Part shown: one piece after another, positions 28,241-37,726 of the stretch
Numbering within the stretch: the stretch's first letter is position 1
Layout of the letters: every line of letters begins with the position of its first letter
Assembly (NCBI GenBank): GCA_036824855.1
Contig: DAISZK010000001.1
Coordinates: forward strand, 345 to 64,344
DNA: 64,000 nucleotides
Direction of reading: 5' to 3'
Source: Chthoniobacterales bacterium
GTDB taxonomy: Bacteria; Verrucomicrobiota; Verrucomicrobiia; Chthoniobacterales; UBA6821
Made by a program: the position numbers and the translations under genes
The notes under the pieces: model-generated
Told to the model about the DNA's origin: nothing
What the model saw: the letters and a program-made list of their open reading frames with translations, nothing else
Databases searched by the model: none

Positions 28241-31200
28241 TCACGACTTGGAGGTGGTGTCATGCCTCAACTCCACATGGGTCCGATGATCGACCGGATC
28301 AGTGCTGAACCTGAGAATGTCGATATCGTCGTTACCCTTGTCGACGGTGAGTTCGGTGTGGTCGGCGTTCCAGGAGGTCTTGAGGAGTGATTCGCCGGTT
28401 CTGAAGGGGAAGAGGAGGACCTTGTATTTGGGATCGACCACATTTTGCCGATCGATGAAGAGGCGGTTCACATCTTCGGCCAGGTAGAAATCATTAATTT
28501 CCTTCGGCACTTTAAACCGAGTCTGGTCCATGCGGATGGACGGTTGTTTGCTGTTGTCCGATTCGGAGACATCGCGCACCAGCAGGCGGGGCTTGCCGGG
28601 TTCGGATCCCTTGTCATTGAGGTGGTATAAAATTGCCTCGGTGGATGTGGCCCCCGGTTCCATTGCCTGAAGAAACTCTCCCTCCTTGTCTTTCTTTCCA
28701 TCCTCGCCGCGACTGGGATTGTTGAACATCCATCGGTAATTCGCCGGTTCATCTCCTCTGCGGAAATCATCGACGATCAGGACATAAGGCCGTTTGCCGC
28801 GGGACATCAGGATCGTGCGGGTAGCGATCTTGACCGCCGTGTTGGGTGACGGGACCAAGTAGTAACTGTAGTTGTCGGGTTGATCGACGAAGAATTCCTT
28901 TCCCTGTGGGCAGCGTCTCAAGACATCGGTAAGCAGGCCTGGATACATGAACTGTGATCTGGGAAACCCGATGCGCTTACCTCCCTCGGCTGCGCACATG
29001 AAGTTGTACGCAAGGGAGGCATCGCCGGCCGCCAATGCCCAGGATTGGTCAGGCGCTTCTTTGACCTCGAGCATTTTGCCTGGAGGGGTCGGAAAGCTAC
29101 GGATGTAACCGGAATCGGGAAGATCGGGAGGATAGTTGGGATTCTCCCCCACATAGCCTTCGGTCATGGGGCACTTGGCCCAAGCCGGATTCTGGAACTG
29201 CACGCTCGCCTGCCATCCGCTGTAGATCTTGTGGTATCCGGGGGGTAGCACCCAACTTCTCCCGAGAGCAAAGAGTGCGAAGGAACTCTTCTCCGCGTTC
29301 ATATGACCGCAACCCTTCCATCCCTCGTCAAAATCCACCAATAATGCATCGTCACCCCAGCCGCTTCGCATCGTAACGAGCGCCTCCTCGGGGTCAAACC
29401 TCGTCAAGGGCATCTTCTTGGCCTCGGCAACCGGCCCCAAGGCTTCCTTCATATCCCGGATTCCGGGATCGAGTCCAAAAATACAGGACTCCATGTCTCC
29501 ATATTTATTTTCAAGCTCGGGGGCCCGTGCCGCATAGAAGTAATCAACGGCAGGATCGTCGGGATACATGTACTTGAGCAGGCGAAGCTGCCCCACGCTC
29601 ATCATGCCGGCTCCGCAGTGATGGTTGAATGATTTGTTATTCGAGGTGAAATGCTCCGATTTAAAGAGTTCGCCGAAAGGGTACTGATTGTTCAGATAGT
29701 GATTGATGTTGTTGTAGAAATTGCAGGTCACAAACTGGTTGTTTCCCCCAAAACGGGCAAACATCAAGGCTGAGGCCCATTGTCCGGCACAGGTGCTGTG
29801 ATAGGCTTCACGCTCCAGCAGAGATCCCCATGGGGTGGTGAACCCATCCTCGTTCCAGAGTATCCCACGCAGTAAGTTGTCCGAGTCGACCTTTCGGGCA
29901 TAAGGCCACGATTCGGATTCGGTATATGGGCGGCCGGCTGGACAGTCCCGACCAGAATTCTCCCCGACCGGACGTACCCAATCATAGGGCATTACCCTTT
30001 TCAGATCACTCAAAGCTTTGGGATCTTTTGGTTCAGGGGGAGTGAGAAATGTCTGGATGACCTTGGGATCGGCTCCACTCTCCTCACCGGCCACCACGAG
30101 TGCCTTGGGAATCACCCCATCCCCGAAGGCAGCGAAATTGCCGTTCTGCTGGTAGCCTCTGTCGATCCCATGATTATCAATAATCCCGTTGTGGGAGAGA
30201 GCGCGCCCTCGGCTAGTGGTCATCCGACCAGCGCCCGTGGCAAAGAAGAAATCGCGGCAATCGCGGAGCTGTTGCTCGTTCATCCAAGGTGCGATGAAAT
30301 CGTAGGCCTTGGCCAAGGGGGATCGGAGACCGCAATGACCTCCGATCTGGTCGATGCCCGTCATGTAGCCGGGGGCATCCTTATGAAAAGTCCCCGTCTG
30401 CCGATCCCAGGAATTTTCGAGACTGGAGCGACAGAACGAAGCCACCAGCTTCGCTAGGCGTTGATTCAAAACCTGGTCGTCGGCAGAGACCTGATCATGA
30501 GGCGTGGAGGGATCGTTCTTCAGCCATTGTAGAAAGCAGGCATTGGCCAGTTCCCCGGACATGGCGTCGACCGCCTGCTCGGCAATGTCGATCTGACGCT
30601 GATACTTCTTGTCCCGTGTTCCCGTGAATTTTTCGGCACCCGTCGCCATATTGGGCATTGCCTGAGGCTTGTAACCCGAGTCAGCGTACTTTTCGAGCTG
30701 GGCCATGTATTGGCCGACCTTGGACTTAGGGTCGAAGAGCTTGCCGTTGCGGGCGTTCATTGCGGCGTAAGACTTGGAGGCTAGGATCCCCTTCCCCTCG
30801 ACGCACCGTGCATGGATTTCCTTCCAATCCTCGTCGCTACAGAACAGGCGCGGGTGATGGAACGGACCGGGATCAGAACCCAGGTCTCGCACGTTGGGCG
30901 GCGGGGCAATCCCCGGTGCAACAGCGAGTGGGTCCGGCTTGCCGTCGACGATGATGTGGGAGTGATTGTCCCAGACATTGATCCATGCGTTCCTGCTGGC
31001 CGAGAGACCGCGTGCGGAATCTGACACGGTGACGCGAACGGCGTAGACTCCACAGTCCTTAAAGGTGACCTGCGTGCTGTCGGCTTTCGAATCGGTAAAC
31101 TCGGCGGGATGAGTCGACATGTCCGCGGCGTCGGGGCTCATCGTGTCCTGGATCTGTTTCCAGGAGTAGGTAAGCTGGGCGCCGGAGGGAAATCCCTTGG

Positions 31201-31654
31201 GTACCACCTTTAGAGAGACGGTTGCCGTTCGTCCCTTGGCATCATCAAGAACCGTGATCGCATGGTCGGTGAATATGGTGAGAATAGGGGAATCACCCTT
31301 TGTTGCTGTTTTGGACGCTGAAGCTTTCGAAACAAGGGTTGAACTTTGATTGGGCGAGGATGGCGGTGTTGACAGAGACAATGGGTTATTGGTAATTGCC
31401 GAGGAGGGAAGCTTTAGAGAGGAGGCCTCCACGCGGTCACTGAGTTCCCCGCGCTTGATCAGAACGGTGTGATCGGCGGAAACGTTGCCGTCTGTCTCAA
31501 CGGTGGAGCCGGCCGGGATATTGACCGATCCTGCCTTCTTTCCGTTGATCATGACGGGAAGACTCAGTTCCCGGGTGGTGGTGACCTCGAAACCGGAGGC
31601 CGACATCAGGCATGCCAATAAAAGGACGGCAGGAAGCAGGGGGGGGATGTTCAT
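28241..31654 (-). CDS. Secreted 1137-aa multidomain protein: conserved N-terminal module, S/T/P linker, PKD/Ig-like domain, heparinase II/III-fold region
   Basis: The protein has a signal peptide. The PKD-like segment is LTYSWKQIQD...GVYAVRVTVSD. The block GCGHMNAEKSSFALFALGRSWVLPPGY resembles the heparinase II/III pattern GHxHxDxxSFxL...G. Its N-terminal module is shared with the adjacent GH28. Confidence 0.5.
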   Translation of the reverse strand: MNIPPLLPAVLLLACLMSASGFEVTTTRELSLPVMINGKKAGSVNIPAGSTVETDGNVSADHTVLIKRGELSDRVEASSLKLPSSAITNNPLSLSTPPSSPNQSSTLVSKASASKTATKGDSPILTIFTDHAITVLDDAKGRTATVSLKVVPKGFPSGAQLTYSWKQIQDTMSPDAADMSTHPAEFTDSKADSTQVTFKDCGVYAVRVTVSDSARGLSASRNAWINVWDNHSHIIVDGKPDPLAVAPGIAPPPNVRDLGSDPGPFHHPRLFCSDEDWKEIHARCVEGKGILASKSYAAMNARNGKLFDPKSKVGQYMAQLEKYADSGYKPQAMPNMATGAEKFTGTRDKKYQRQIDIAEQAVDAMSGELANACFLQWLKNDPSTPHDQVSADDQVLNQRLAKLVASFCRSSLENSWDRQTGTFHKDAPGYMTGIDQIGGHCGLRSPLAKAYDFIAPWMNEQQLRDCRDFFFATGAGRMTTSRGRALSHNGIIDNHGIDRGYQQNGNFAAFGDGVIPKALVVAGEESGADPKVIQTFLTPPEPKDPKALSDLKRVMPYDWVRPVGENSGRDCPAGRPYTESESWPYARKVDSDNLLRGILWNEDGFTTPWGSLLEREAYHSTCAGQWASALMFARFGGNNQFVTCNFYNNINHYLNNQYPFGELFKSEHFTSNNKSFNHHCGAGMMSVGQLRLLKYMYPDDPAVDYFYAARAPELENKYGDMESCIFGLDPGIRDMKEALGPVAEAKKMPLTRFDPEEALVTMRSGWGDDALLVDFDEGWKGCGHMNAEKSSFALFALGRSWVLPPGYHKIYSGWQASVQFQNPAWAKCPMTEGYVGENPNYPPDLPDSGYIRSFPTPPGKMLEVKEAPDQSWALAAGDASLAYNFMCAAEGGKRIGFPRSQFMYPGLLTDVLRRCPQGKEFFVDQPDNYSYYLVPSPNTAVKIATRTILMSRGKRPYVLIVDDFRRGDEPANYRWMFNNPSRGEDGKKDKEGEFLQAMEPGATSTEAILYHLNDKGSEPGKPRLLVRDVSESDNSKQPSIRMDQTRFKVPKEINDFYLAEDVNRLFIDRQNVVDPKYKVLLFPFRTGESLLKTSWNADHTELTVDKGNDDIDILRFSTDPVDHRTHVELRHDTTSKS

Positions 31655-31710
31655 AAAATGGGGCGAATGGACGAGAAGATCGGCTCTTATGTGGAAGTTG
31701 CAAGTATCGG

Positions 31711-33552
31711 CTATTCCACCCTGCCGTCAACCGAGACACCAAGGCAGGTTGCCAGACTGGGGCTATTGTGAATGGTACAGTTCTTGACACGATCTAATTT
31801 CAATAGGGGGCCAGCGGCAGGTTGTTTGCTCGTAAAACCATCGATTATCAACCCGCTGACATCAACGAATGCCAAGACCGGACGACCGTCCTGAGCAGAG
31901 AAGCTGAAGGAAACCCTTCGAAGTGTAAGCCCGTCAATGTTCCGGGCGTAAAGACCGGCTGCCGGGCGGTCACCGAATTTGCCTGGGGCGTACTCTTTGC
32001 CGTAGCCGGGGGCGGCGTTGGTCATTGAGGTAAGTCCTCCTCCAGGATAGGTGACGGAGATATCCTCTAGGATAATGTCCTTGAGAAAGGAGTCTGGGCG
32101 TCCCGAAATGGTGATCGGATTGACCCCTCCATGATGGGGGCCAGCCCGGCAATCGGTGACGGTGATTCCCGAGAGAAGAACGTTGCGGATGGTTCCGGGG
32201 CGCTTTGCCGGATCGCCGCTTCTGAGGCGGTTGGTAACCAGTATGAAGATGGGATTGGCGACCCCGGTCATCGTGAAGTGACGGCAGGTGACGCCATCGA
32301 TGTCCCCGCCGTCGTTTGTGGTGATGCCGATACCTGCCTTCTCGGCGCGGTGGACCCGGATGTCCCAGAGGTTGATGTTGTGAAAATCGCCGGCAGTCTC
32401 CGAGCCGAACTGAAGAGCATTGCAACCCGAGTCAAAATCACAGTCCCAAGCATAGACGTTGCACGTCTCGATTTTCCTTCCCAGCGCCCAGTCGCTTTTG
32501 ATGCCGAGCGTGTCGTCGATGCAGGAGGAGAAGTTGCAGCCGTGGATCTGGACGTTGCGGCAGCCCATCAGGTCGATGGCATCGCGGCTACCCTTGAGGG
32601 TCACGCCGGAGATGGTGACATTCTCGCAGTCGTTGAGAAGCCAGGCGAAGTGTCCGCCGCTCTTGAGGTGGATATTGTCAAACTGGATATTTTTGCTTGA
32701 GACAATCGAGAACATCTTGTCTGCGATGTCGGATTGTTTGGGATCGAAAATTGCGAGGTGCTTTCCGTTGATTTCCCCGCCCCCTGTCACGGCGCAGCCC
32801 TCGATGTTCTCTCCCCGGAACAGGGCGTTGTGAAAATGGCTGTGCCCTCCGTCCTGGTAGCGACTGTTCGGATTGGGTTCCGCGATGTCATACCCGGACG
32901 GAGCTCCCAAGATTTCCGCCCCCGACTGGATCACTAGGCGGACATGGCTCAGAAGATGAATGGTCGCCGAAAGATAAGTGCCGGGAGGAAAGACCACATT
33001 CCCACCTCCCTGTGAGTTGCATCGCTCGATCGCCTTGTTGATCGAGGCGGTATCGGGTGTCTTGCCATCGCCAAGAGCGCCAAAGTCGCGAACATTGAAA
33101 CTGGCGGAGGGAAAGGAGGCTAAAGGAAATCCCGGAGGTTTGCAGATTGGAAGGCCATCTCCGGATTTGGTTTTGGAGGGGGTGTCCGCAGGTGCGGCAT
33201 GTGCCATCGGTGGCGACGGAGTTGTCGTCGCCGCTGAAGGATTATTAAAGGCGCCTGGAGCAGGGGGGGGCGTCGACACGGAGACGGCGGAGGTCCCTGT
33301 TTTGGGAAGATTCAGGGCGTCGGCATCCACGCGATCGCTCATTCCCCCCCGCCTAATGATGACGGTATGATCCGCGGCTACGACTCCGTCCGTCTCGACG
33401 GAGGAACCGGCAGGGATGGCGACCGACCCGGCCTTTTGGCCGCCGATCGTCACCTGCAGATTCAACGGACGGGAGGTGGTCACCTCCATGGCCGTCGCAG
33501 ACATAACTCCCGCCAGAAGCAGGGGTAAAAAACGGCCGGGGACTCGTATCAT
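31711..33552 (-). CDS. GH28 family glycosidase (polygalacturonase/rhamnogalacturonase-type beta-helix) with the same N-terminal module
   Basis: The protein has a signal peptide. The segment FNVRDFGALGDGKTPDTASINKAIERCNSQGGGNVVFPPGTYL is a typical start for this fold. The GH28 catalytic block is RDAIDLMGCRNVQIHGCNFSSCIDDTLGIKSD, and FGSETAG is also present. Confidence 0.75.
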   Translation of the reverse strand: MIRVPGRFLPLLLAGVMSATAMEVTTSRPLNLQVTIGGQKAGSVAIPAGSSVETDGVVAADHTVIIRRGGMSDRVDADALNLPKTGTSAVSVSTPPPAPGAFNNPSAATTTPSPPMAHAAPADTPSKTKSGDGLPICKPPGFPLASFPSASFNVRDFGALGDGKTPDTASINKAIERCNSQGGGNVVFPPGTYLSATIHLLSHVRLVIQSGAEILGAPSGYDIAEPNPNSRYQDGGHSHFHNALFRGENIEGCAVTGGGEINGKHLAIFDPKQSDIADKMFSIVSSKNIQFDNIHLKSGGHFAWLLNDCENVTISGVTLKGSRDAIDLMGCRNVQIHGCNFSSCIDDTLGIKSDWALGRKIETCNVYAWDCDFDSGCNALQFGSETAGDFHNINLWDIRVHRAEKAGIGITTNDGGDIDGVTCRHFTMTGVANPIFILVTNRLRSGDPAKRPGTIRNVLLSGITVTDCRAGPHHGGVNPITISGRPDSFLKDIILEDISVTYPGGGLTSMTNAAPGYGKEYAPGKFGDRPAAGLYARNIDGLTLRRVSFSFSAQDGRPVLAFVDVSGLIIDGFTSKQPAAGPLLKLDRVKNCTIHNSPSLATCLGVSVDGRVE

Positions 33553-33568
33553 TTGAGATCAGAGAGAC

Positions 33569-35119
33569 TCACGCAGCCGGCGTCAACTTCAGGAGGAGTA
33601 CCCCATGAGCGGGCACCTCGGCCTGAAAGGAGCCGTCGAAAGTCCCAAGATCCTTCTGGCGCCAGAGATCGCGAAGCTTTTGCTTCCCAGCCAGTCCCGC
33701 AGCTTTCCAGTCGAGGGTCATCGTGGCCGGCTTTTCGCCGGTATTGAAGAGGCCGACAGCCTTTGATCCATCCTCCAGTGACTTGACATAGATCTTCTGA
33801 GAGGACTTGTTATCCAAGCAGACAGCCGGGCTGCAGAGTGCATCCTGATCGATAGCCAACACCTCGTCATTAGTGAGTAAACCTAGGGTGAATGGATCAA
33901 GTTGAGTCAGGTCACATCCCATGATGAGGGGAGCGGAGAGAATGGACCAAAGAGAGATGTGCGTGTACTGCTCGTCCGGTGTGAGGCGAGATGGCCGCGG
34001 ACGCCCCCATCCCACCTTTCCAACACAAAGCATGTCGGCGTCGTTGAAATGTCCTGGCATCATGAACTTACCCCAACCGACTTGGCGGAACCCAATGCCT
34101 CCGGCCATGCTGCCCCAGGTGTCCGTGATATCACCGGAGGTTCTCCAAAGTTGGGCATGAGGCCCAATCTTTGCCGCATCGTCATATTTCATGCTGTTGG
34201 AGAGACTGAAGACGATATCCCTACCGGATTGGTTGAGTGCATCCTCCATATCGGCAGTCTCCTTCAAGGTAATGGGGTTCCAATCGTATTTAAGGAAATC
34301 AAATCCCCACTTCCCATACTGGTCTGCATCAACCTTCACAAAGGAATATTTGCCAAAGCTCCGGTGCTGCTTGTGGTCATCCACCCAAGCGCCATCCTGT
34401 GACTCAGAGGTCGCCCCGGCACGCCCCTTGCTATGAATTCCACCGTAGGAGGTGATCCAAGGGGTGCTGTAGATTCCAACCTTAAGGCCCATTGCATGGA
34501 TCTGATCCACCATGGCCTTGATATCGGTGAACTTTTTGGGGTCGGGTTGGAGGGCGAGATTAGGGCCACCTCGGGATCCCTGCCATCCATCATCCAAGTT
34601 CACATAGCTCCAACCGTGCTGATCGAGCCCTGCATCCTTAATGGACTTGGCCATCTTGATGGCTAGATCCTGAGTGATGTCCTGATCGAAAACATTGTAG
34701 CTGTTCCATCCCAATGGGGGCGTAAGGCATATGGTATCTCCCACCACGATTTTGAAGGATTTCTTAGATTCACCTTTTGAATTCTTTGCGATCAGGGTGA
34801 CCGGAAATTCCCCCTTTTGGGAGAGAGCGCCGGTGATCTGGCCTGTGGAGGAATCCAGTTTTAACCCTTGTGGTAATCCCTGCACTTGGAAGGACATTGG
34901 TCGTTCTCCTGTTACAGGAATAGAATAGAGAAAAGGTGATCCAGGACGCACCCCGAAGACCGAGGGACCGTTGACTCTAGGAGTGGCTGGTGCCGGTGGC
35001 GTTAAGGATGGCGGTAATTCAATCGGTGTTGCCGATGGTTGTGGAGTCGGAGCCGCTGTGGAGATTCCAATGGTTAGGGCACCAAGAAGCAGTGCCAACG
35101 GGAGGGGATGTGGTTTCAT
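33569..35119 (-). CDS. GH27 family glycosidase with N-terminal Ig-like module (paralog 2)
   Basis: The protein has a signal peptide. Motifs are FQVQGLPQGLKLDSSTGQITG, LTPPLGWNSYN, VNLDDGWQG and LKYDWNP. The C-terminus is collinear with the other two GH27 copies. Confidence 0.85.
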   Translation of the reverse strand: MKPHPLPLALLLGALTIGISTAAPTPQPSATPIELPPSLTPPAPATPRVNGPSVFGVRPGSPFLYSIPVTGERPMSFQVQGLPQGLKLDSSTGQITGALSQKGEFPVTLIAKNSKGESKKSFKIVVGDTICLTPPLGWNSYNVFDQDITQDLAIKMAKSIKDAGLDQHGWSYVNLDDGWQGSRGGPNLALQPDPKKFTDIKAMVDQIHAMGLKVGIYSTPWITSYGGIHSKGRAGATSESQDGAWVDDHKQHRSFGKYSFVKVDADQYGKWGFDFLKYDWNPITLKETADMEDALNQSGRDIVFSLSNSMKYDDAAKIGPHAQLWRTSGDITDTWGSMAGGIGFRQVGWGKFMMPGHFNDADMLCVGKVGWGRPRPSRLTPDEQYTHISLWSILSAPLIMGCDLTQLDPFTLGLLTNDEVLAIDQDALCSPAVCLDNKSSQKIYVKSLEDGSKAVGLFNTGEKPATMTLDWKAAGLAGKQKLRDLWRQKDLGTFDGSFQAEVPAHGVLLLKLTPAA

Positions 35120-35141
35120 GAGGATATTTGGTTAAAGAGGG

Positions 35142-36095
35142 CTACAAGGCTAGAATGAGGTCAATTTCCTGAAGCTCCTTAGGGGTAAAACTGAGAGCAT
35201 TCAAACAGGCGACATTTTCGGAAATCTGATCGGGATTGCTGGCACCGATCAATGCGGAGGTTATTACAGGATTTCTCAGCACCCAGGAAAGAGACATCTG
35301 GGCGAGTGTCTGGCCGCGCCGTTCGGCGATGACGTTAAGTTTTCTGGCGATTCCAAGGACGCGCTCGTCCAGATTTTGCTCATTGAGGAAGACGGAATGG
35401 GTCACCCTAGAATCGGCTGGAATACCGTTGAGATACCTGCAGGTAAGACGACCTTGTGCCAAAGGAGAGAAAACGATACAACCGATCTCGCGCTGGGAAA
35501 GCTCCTGAAGAAGCCCCTCCTCGGGTTGTCTCTGCAGCATGCTGTAGGAGGGTTGATGGATCAGGCAGCGCGTACCGAGGCTCTGGAGGATCTCGGCGGC
35601 CTGGGCGGCTTTTTCGGCAGGGTAATTCGAGATGCCGACGTAGATGGCTTTGCCCTGCTTGACGATGTCCGCAAGGGCGCTCATCGATTCTTCCAATGGG
35701 GTCTCCGGATCGGGACGGTGATGGTAGAAAATATCGACGTAATTCAGGCGCAACCGCTTTAGGCTCTGATGAAGGCTTGCAAAGAGGTGCTTTCGAGATC
35801 CCCATTCGCCGTAAGGCCCCTCCCACATGTGATAACCTGCCTTGGTGGAAATGACCAACTTGTCCCTCCACCCATCGAGTTCCCCGGCAAGGATCTCCCC
35901 GAAGCGGGTCTCAGAGGAACCGGGAGGAGGTCCGTAATTATTCGCCAGATCAAAATGGGTGATGCCCTCGTCGAGTGACCTGCGCAGAATCGCAACGGAG
36001 ACTTCCCTGGAAAATTGATCGCCGAAGTTTTGCCACAACCCAAGAGAGATTGCAGGCAGCAGGAGTCCACTTTGGCCGCATCGATTATATTTCAT
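35142..36095 (-). CDS. Aldo/keto reductase (YghZ/AKR14-like), cytoplasmic
   Basis: The N-terminus MKYNRCGQSGLLLPAISLGLWQNFG matches the YghZ-type N-terminus. THFDLANNYG and YVDIFYHHRPD blocks are present. Confidence 0.85.
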   Translation of the reverse strand: MKYNRCGQSGLLLPAISLGLWQNFGDQFSREVSVAILRRSLDEGITHFDLANNYGPPPGSSETRFGEILAGELDGWRDKLVISTKAGYHMWEGPYGEWGSRKHLFASLHQSLKRLRLNYVDIFYHHRPDPETPLEESMSALADIVKQGKAIYVGISNYPAEKAAQAAEILQSLGTRCLIHQPSYSMLQRQPEEGLLQELSQREIGCIVFSPLAQGRLTCRYLNGIPADSRVTHSVFLNEQNLDERVLGIARKLNVIAERRGQTLAQMSLSWVLRNPVITSALIGASNPDQISENVACLNALSFTPKELQEIDLILAL

Positions 36096-36136
36096 GACCT
36101 GAACAAGCTAACCCGGGATCAACGTGACAGGAATCG

Positions 36137-36154
36137 ACATTCTGATCAGAATGT
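36137..36154. promoter_or_regulatory. 18-bp perfect palindrome ACATTCTGATCAGAATGT in the divergent AKR/AraC intergenic region (candidate operator)
   Basis: I read it directly and verified it base by base as its own reverse complement. It lies 42 nt from the AKR ATG (36095) and 53 nt from the AraC ATG (36207). GTGAC motifs flank it at 36124 and about 36163. Confidence 0.5.
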
Positions 36155-36206
36155 TGTGAAAAGTGACCAATTCGTAATTCCGACGCAGATTGAGCCCCGA
36201 CCACTC

Positions 36207-37136
36207 ATGACCCAAAAGTCAACGGCCCTGCGAGCGCCAAACCGGTTCAGCCCAATCTCGCGATACTTTCCGATCGGGGCAGAACATCGTCTTCTGGGAC
36301 TTCACGTCTTCAATGTCGGGACCTCCAGTGTTGATCCAGGGCATCCCTACCCACTCGTCCGTAATCCCGCAGGCAAAATGATCGACTGGAGCAAGGGACG
36401 GATGCTCCCGTTTCCAAAATTGCTTTTCGTCACCCGCGGCTCGGGAAGCGTGGAAACAAGAGATGCGCAACACCCGGTCACAGCCGGAGACCTCCTGCTC
36501 CTTCTTCCGGGAACATGGTATCATTACCATCCCGACCCTACCACCGGCTGGGATGAGACATGGTTCAAGTTCGATGGCTCTCTTACCCGGAAACTGCTAA
36601 ACCGTCAGGAATTGGCCTCTTCAGGACCTATTCTGCACGTTGGCCGTGATCGAGAGATAATAAGCCTCTTCGACGAGATGGTGCTCTTGGCACGAGAGGA
36701 ACCAGCCGGGTTCGAACTCCTGCTGGCTTCCAAGGCGATCGAAGTATTAACCCGAGTGCTAATCGGCAACCATCGCAGAAAAGTCGGCGAGGACCATTTT
36801 GAGGCCATCCTCCGCGAGGCCAAGGAGCGCCTTTTAGAAGACGGCGGACGGATCCCTCTGCAGGACCTTGCTCGGGAACTTGGCATGAGTTACTCCACCT
36901 TCCGCAGGGCATTCAAGGACCGGACTCGGATCTCACCCCACCAATTCCAACTGCAAAGCCGCATCCACCAGTCCTGCGTTCTGCTGACCGAGACCCGGCT
37001 CCCGGTCAAGGAGATCGCGGACCGGCAAGGCTTCGAGAGTGTCTCCTACTTCTCACAGATCTTCAAACGCAAGACCGGATGGTCCCCCCAAGACTACCGC
37101 AAAAACTTCTCGAGCGCCCTCCTTCCGGGCGCCTGA
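36207..37136 (+). CDS. AraC/XylS family transcriptional regulator (cupin-like sensor + HTH)
   Basis: The start is trimmed to ATG 36207 because the track start at 36015 overlaps the AKR gene. The C-terminal HTH_18-type region is LARELGMSYSTFRRAFKDRTRISPHQFQLQSRIHQSCVLLTETRLPVKEIADRQGFESVSYFSQIFKRKTGWSPQDYR. Confidence 0.88.
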   Translation: MTQKSTALRAPNRFSPISRYFPIGAEHRLLGLHVFNVGTSSVDPGHPYPLVRNPAGKMIDWSKGRMLPFPKLLFVTRGSGSVETRDAQHPVTAGDLLLLLPGTWYHYHPDPTTGWDETWFKFDGSLTRKLLNRQELASSGPILHVGRDREIISLFDEMVLLAREEPAGFELLLASKAIEVLTRVLIGNHRRKVGEDHFEAILREAKERLLEDGGRIPLQDLARELGMSYSTFRRAFKDRTRISPHQFQLQSRIHQSCVLLTETRLPVKEIADRQGFESVSYFSQIFKRKTGWSPQDYRKNFSSALLPGA

Positions 37137-37150
37137 AGACACGAGTAGAT

Positions 37151-37726
37151 TCAGGAATCCGAAGGGGTCGAAGAGACGAAGGGCGCCACTCCCCCCGGCG
37201 GCCCATCCACAATCTGCTCGAAGAAATCAAAATCGACGGAGCCTTGTTCTTCCACAGGGTTGAAGGTGAAGAGACCGATCCGGTCCCCGCGGTAGTTTCC
37301 CCAAGTCAGCGCTGCCGTCGGACCGAAGTGCTGAAAGTGGGTTCCGTCTGTGCTGTAGCTGTAGCTGCTTTCTCCCTGCTGCCCCCAATCGGAACGTAGC
37401 CAGATGACATTCTGACGAATTTGCTCTCCGAGCTGTTCCGGGTTTGGTTGCGATGATTTTGGCTCACTTTGCTGATTGACCAAATCCTTGGATTTTAGGA
37501 TGACGACACCGGGTGAGAACTGAAAGGTCGAACTAATGCAGTAATAGTCATCCCCTACTCGTATGACATCGATGTCACTATAGTCTGCGGGAAGGATCGG
37601 ATTACATTAGGTGCCGTCACCCTGATCCCCCCAGCGTCCTCCGCTAGGTTCGTTGGAGGACTTTGTCACCCCCCATCCGGTCGCGGTCCAAAGCATCAGG
37701 ACCGGAACAATCCATGAGATTTTCAA
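37151..37726 (-). pseudogene. GH43 relic: signal peptide + first ~45 aa of the GH43 propeller fused to the last ~90 aa of a ConA-like C-terminal domain, with an in-frame TAA
   Basis: Hand translation in one frame from TTG 37726 gives MKISWIVPVLMLWTATGWGVTKSSNEPSGGRWGDQGDGT*CNPILPADYSDIDVIRVGDDYYCISSTFQFSPGVVILKSKDLVNQQSEPKSS...WLRSDWGQQGESSYSYSTDGTHFQHFGPTAALTWGNYRGDRIGLFTFNPVEEQGSVDFDFFEQI. The stop is at 37609..37607. The whole frame is only 191 codons, whereas the intact GH43 in this window is about 500 aa. Confidence 0.75.

Noticed and set aside
37151-37483. The 110-aa minus-strand ORF treated as an independent small gene.
   Set aside because: The same frame continues upstream through a single TAA into a GH43 N-terminus and signal peptide. 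The ORF is therefore the tail of a decayed GH43, not a stand-alone gene.
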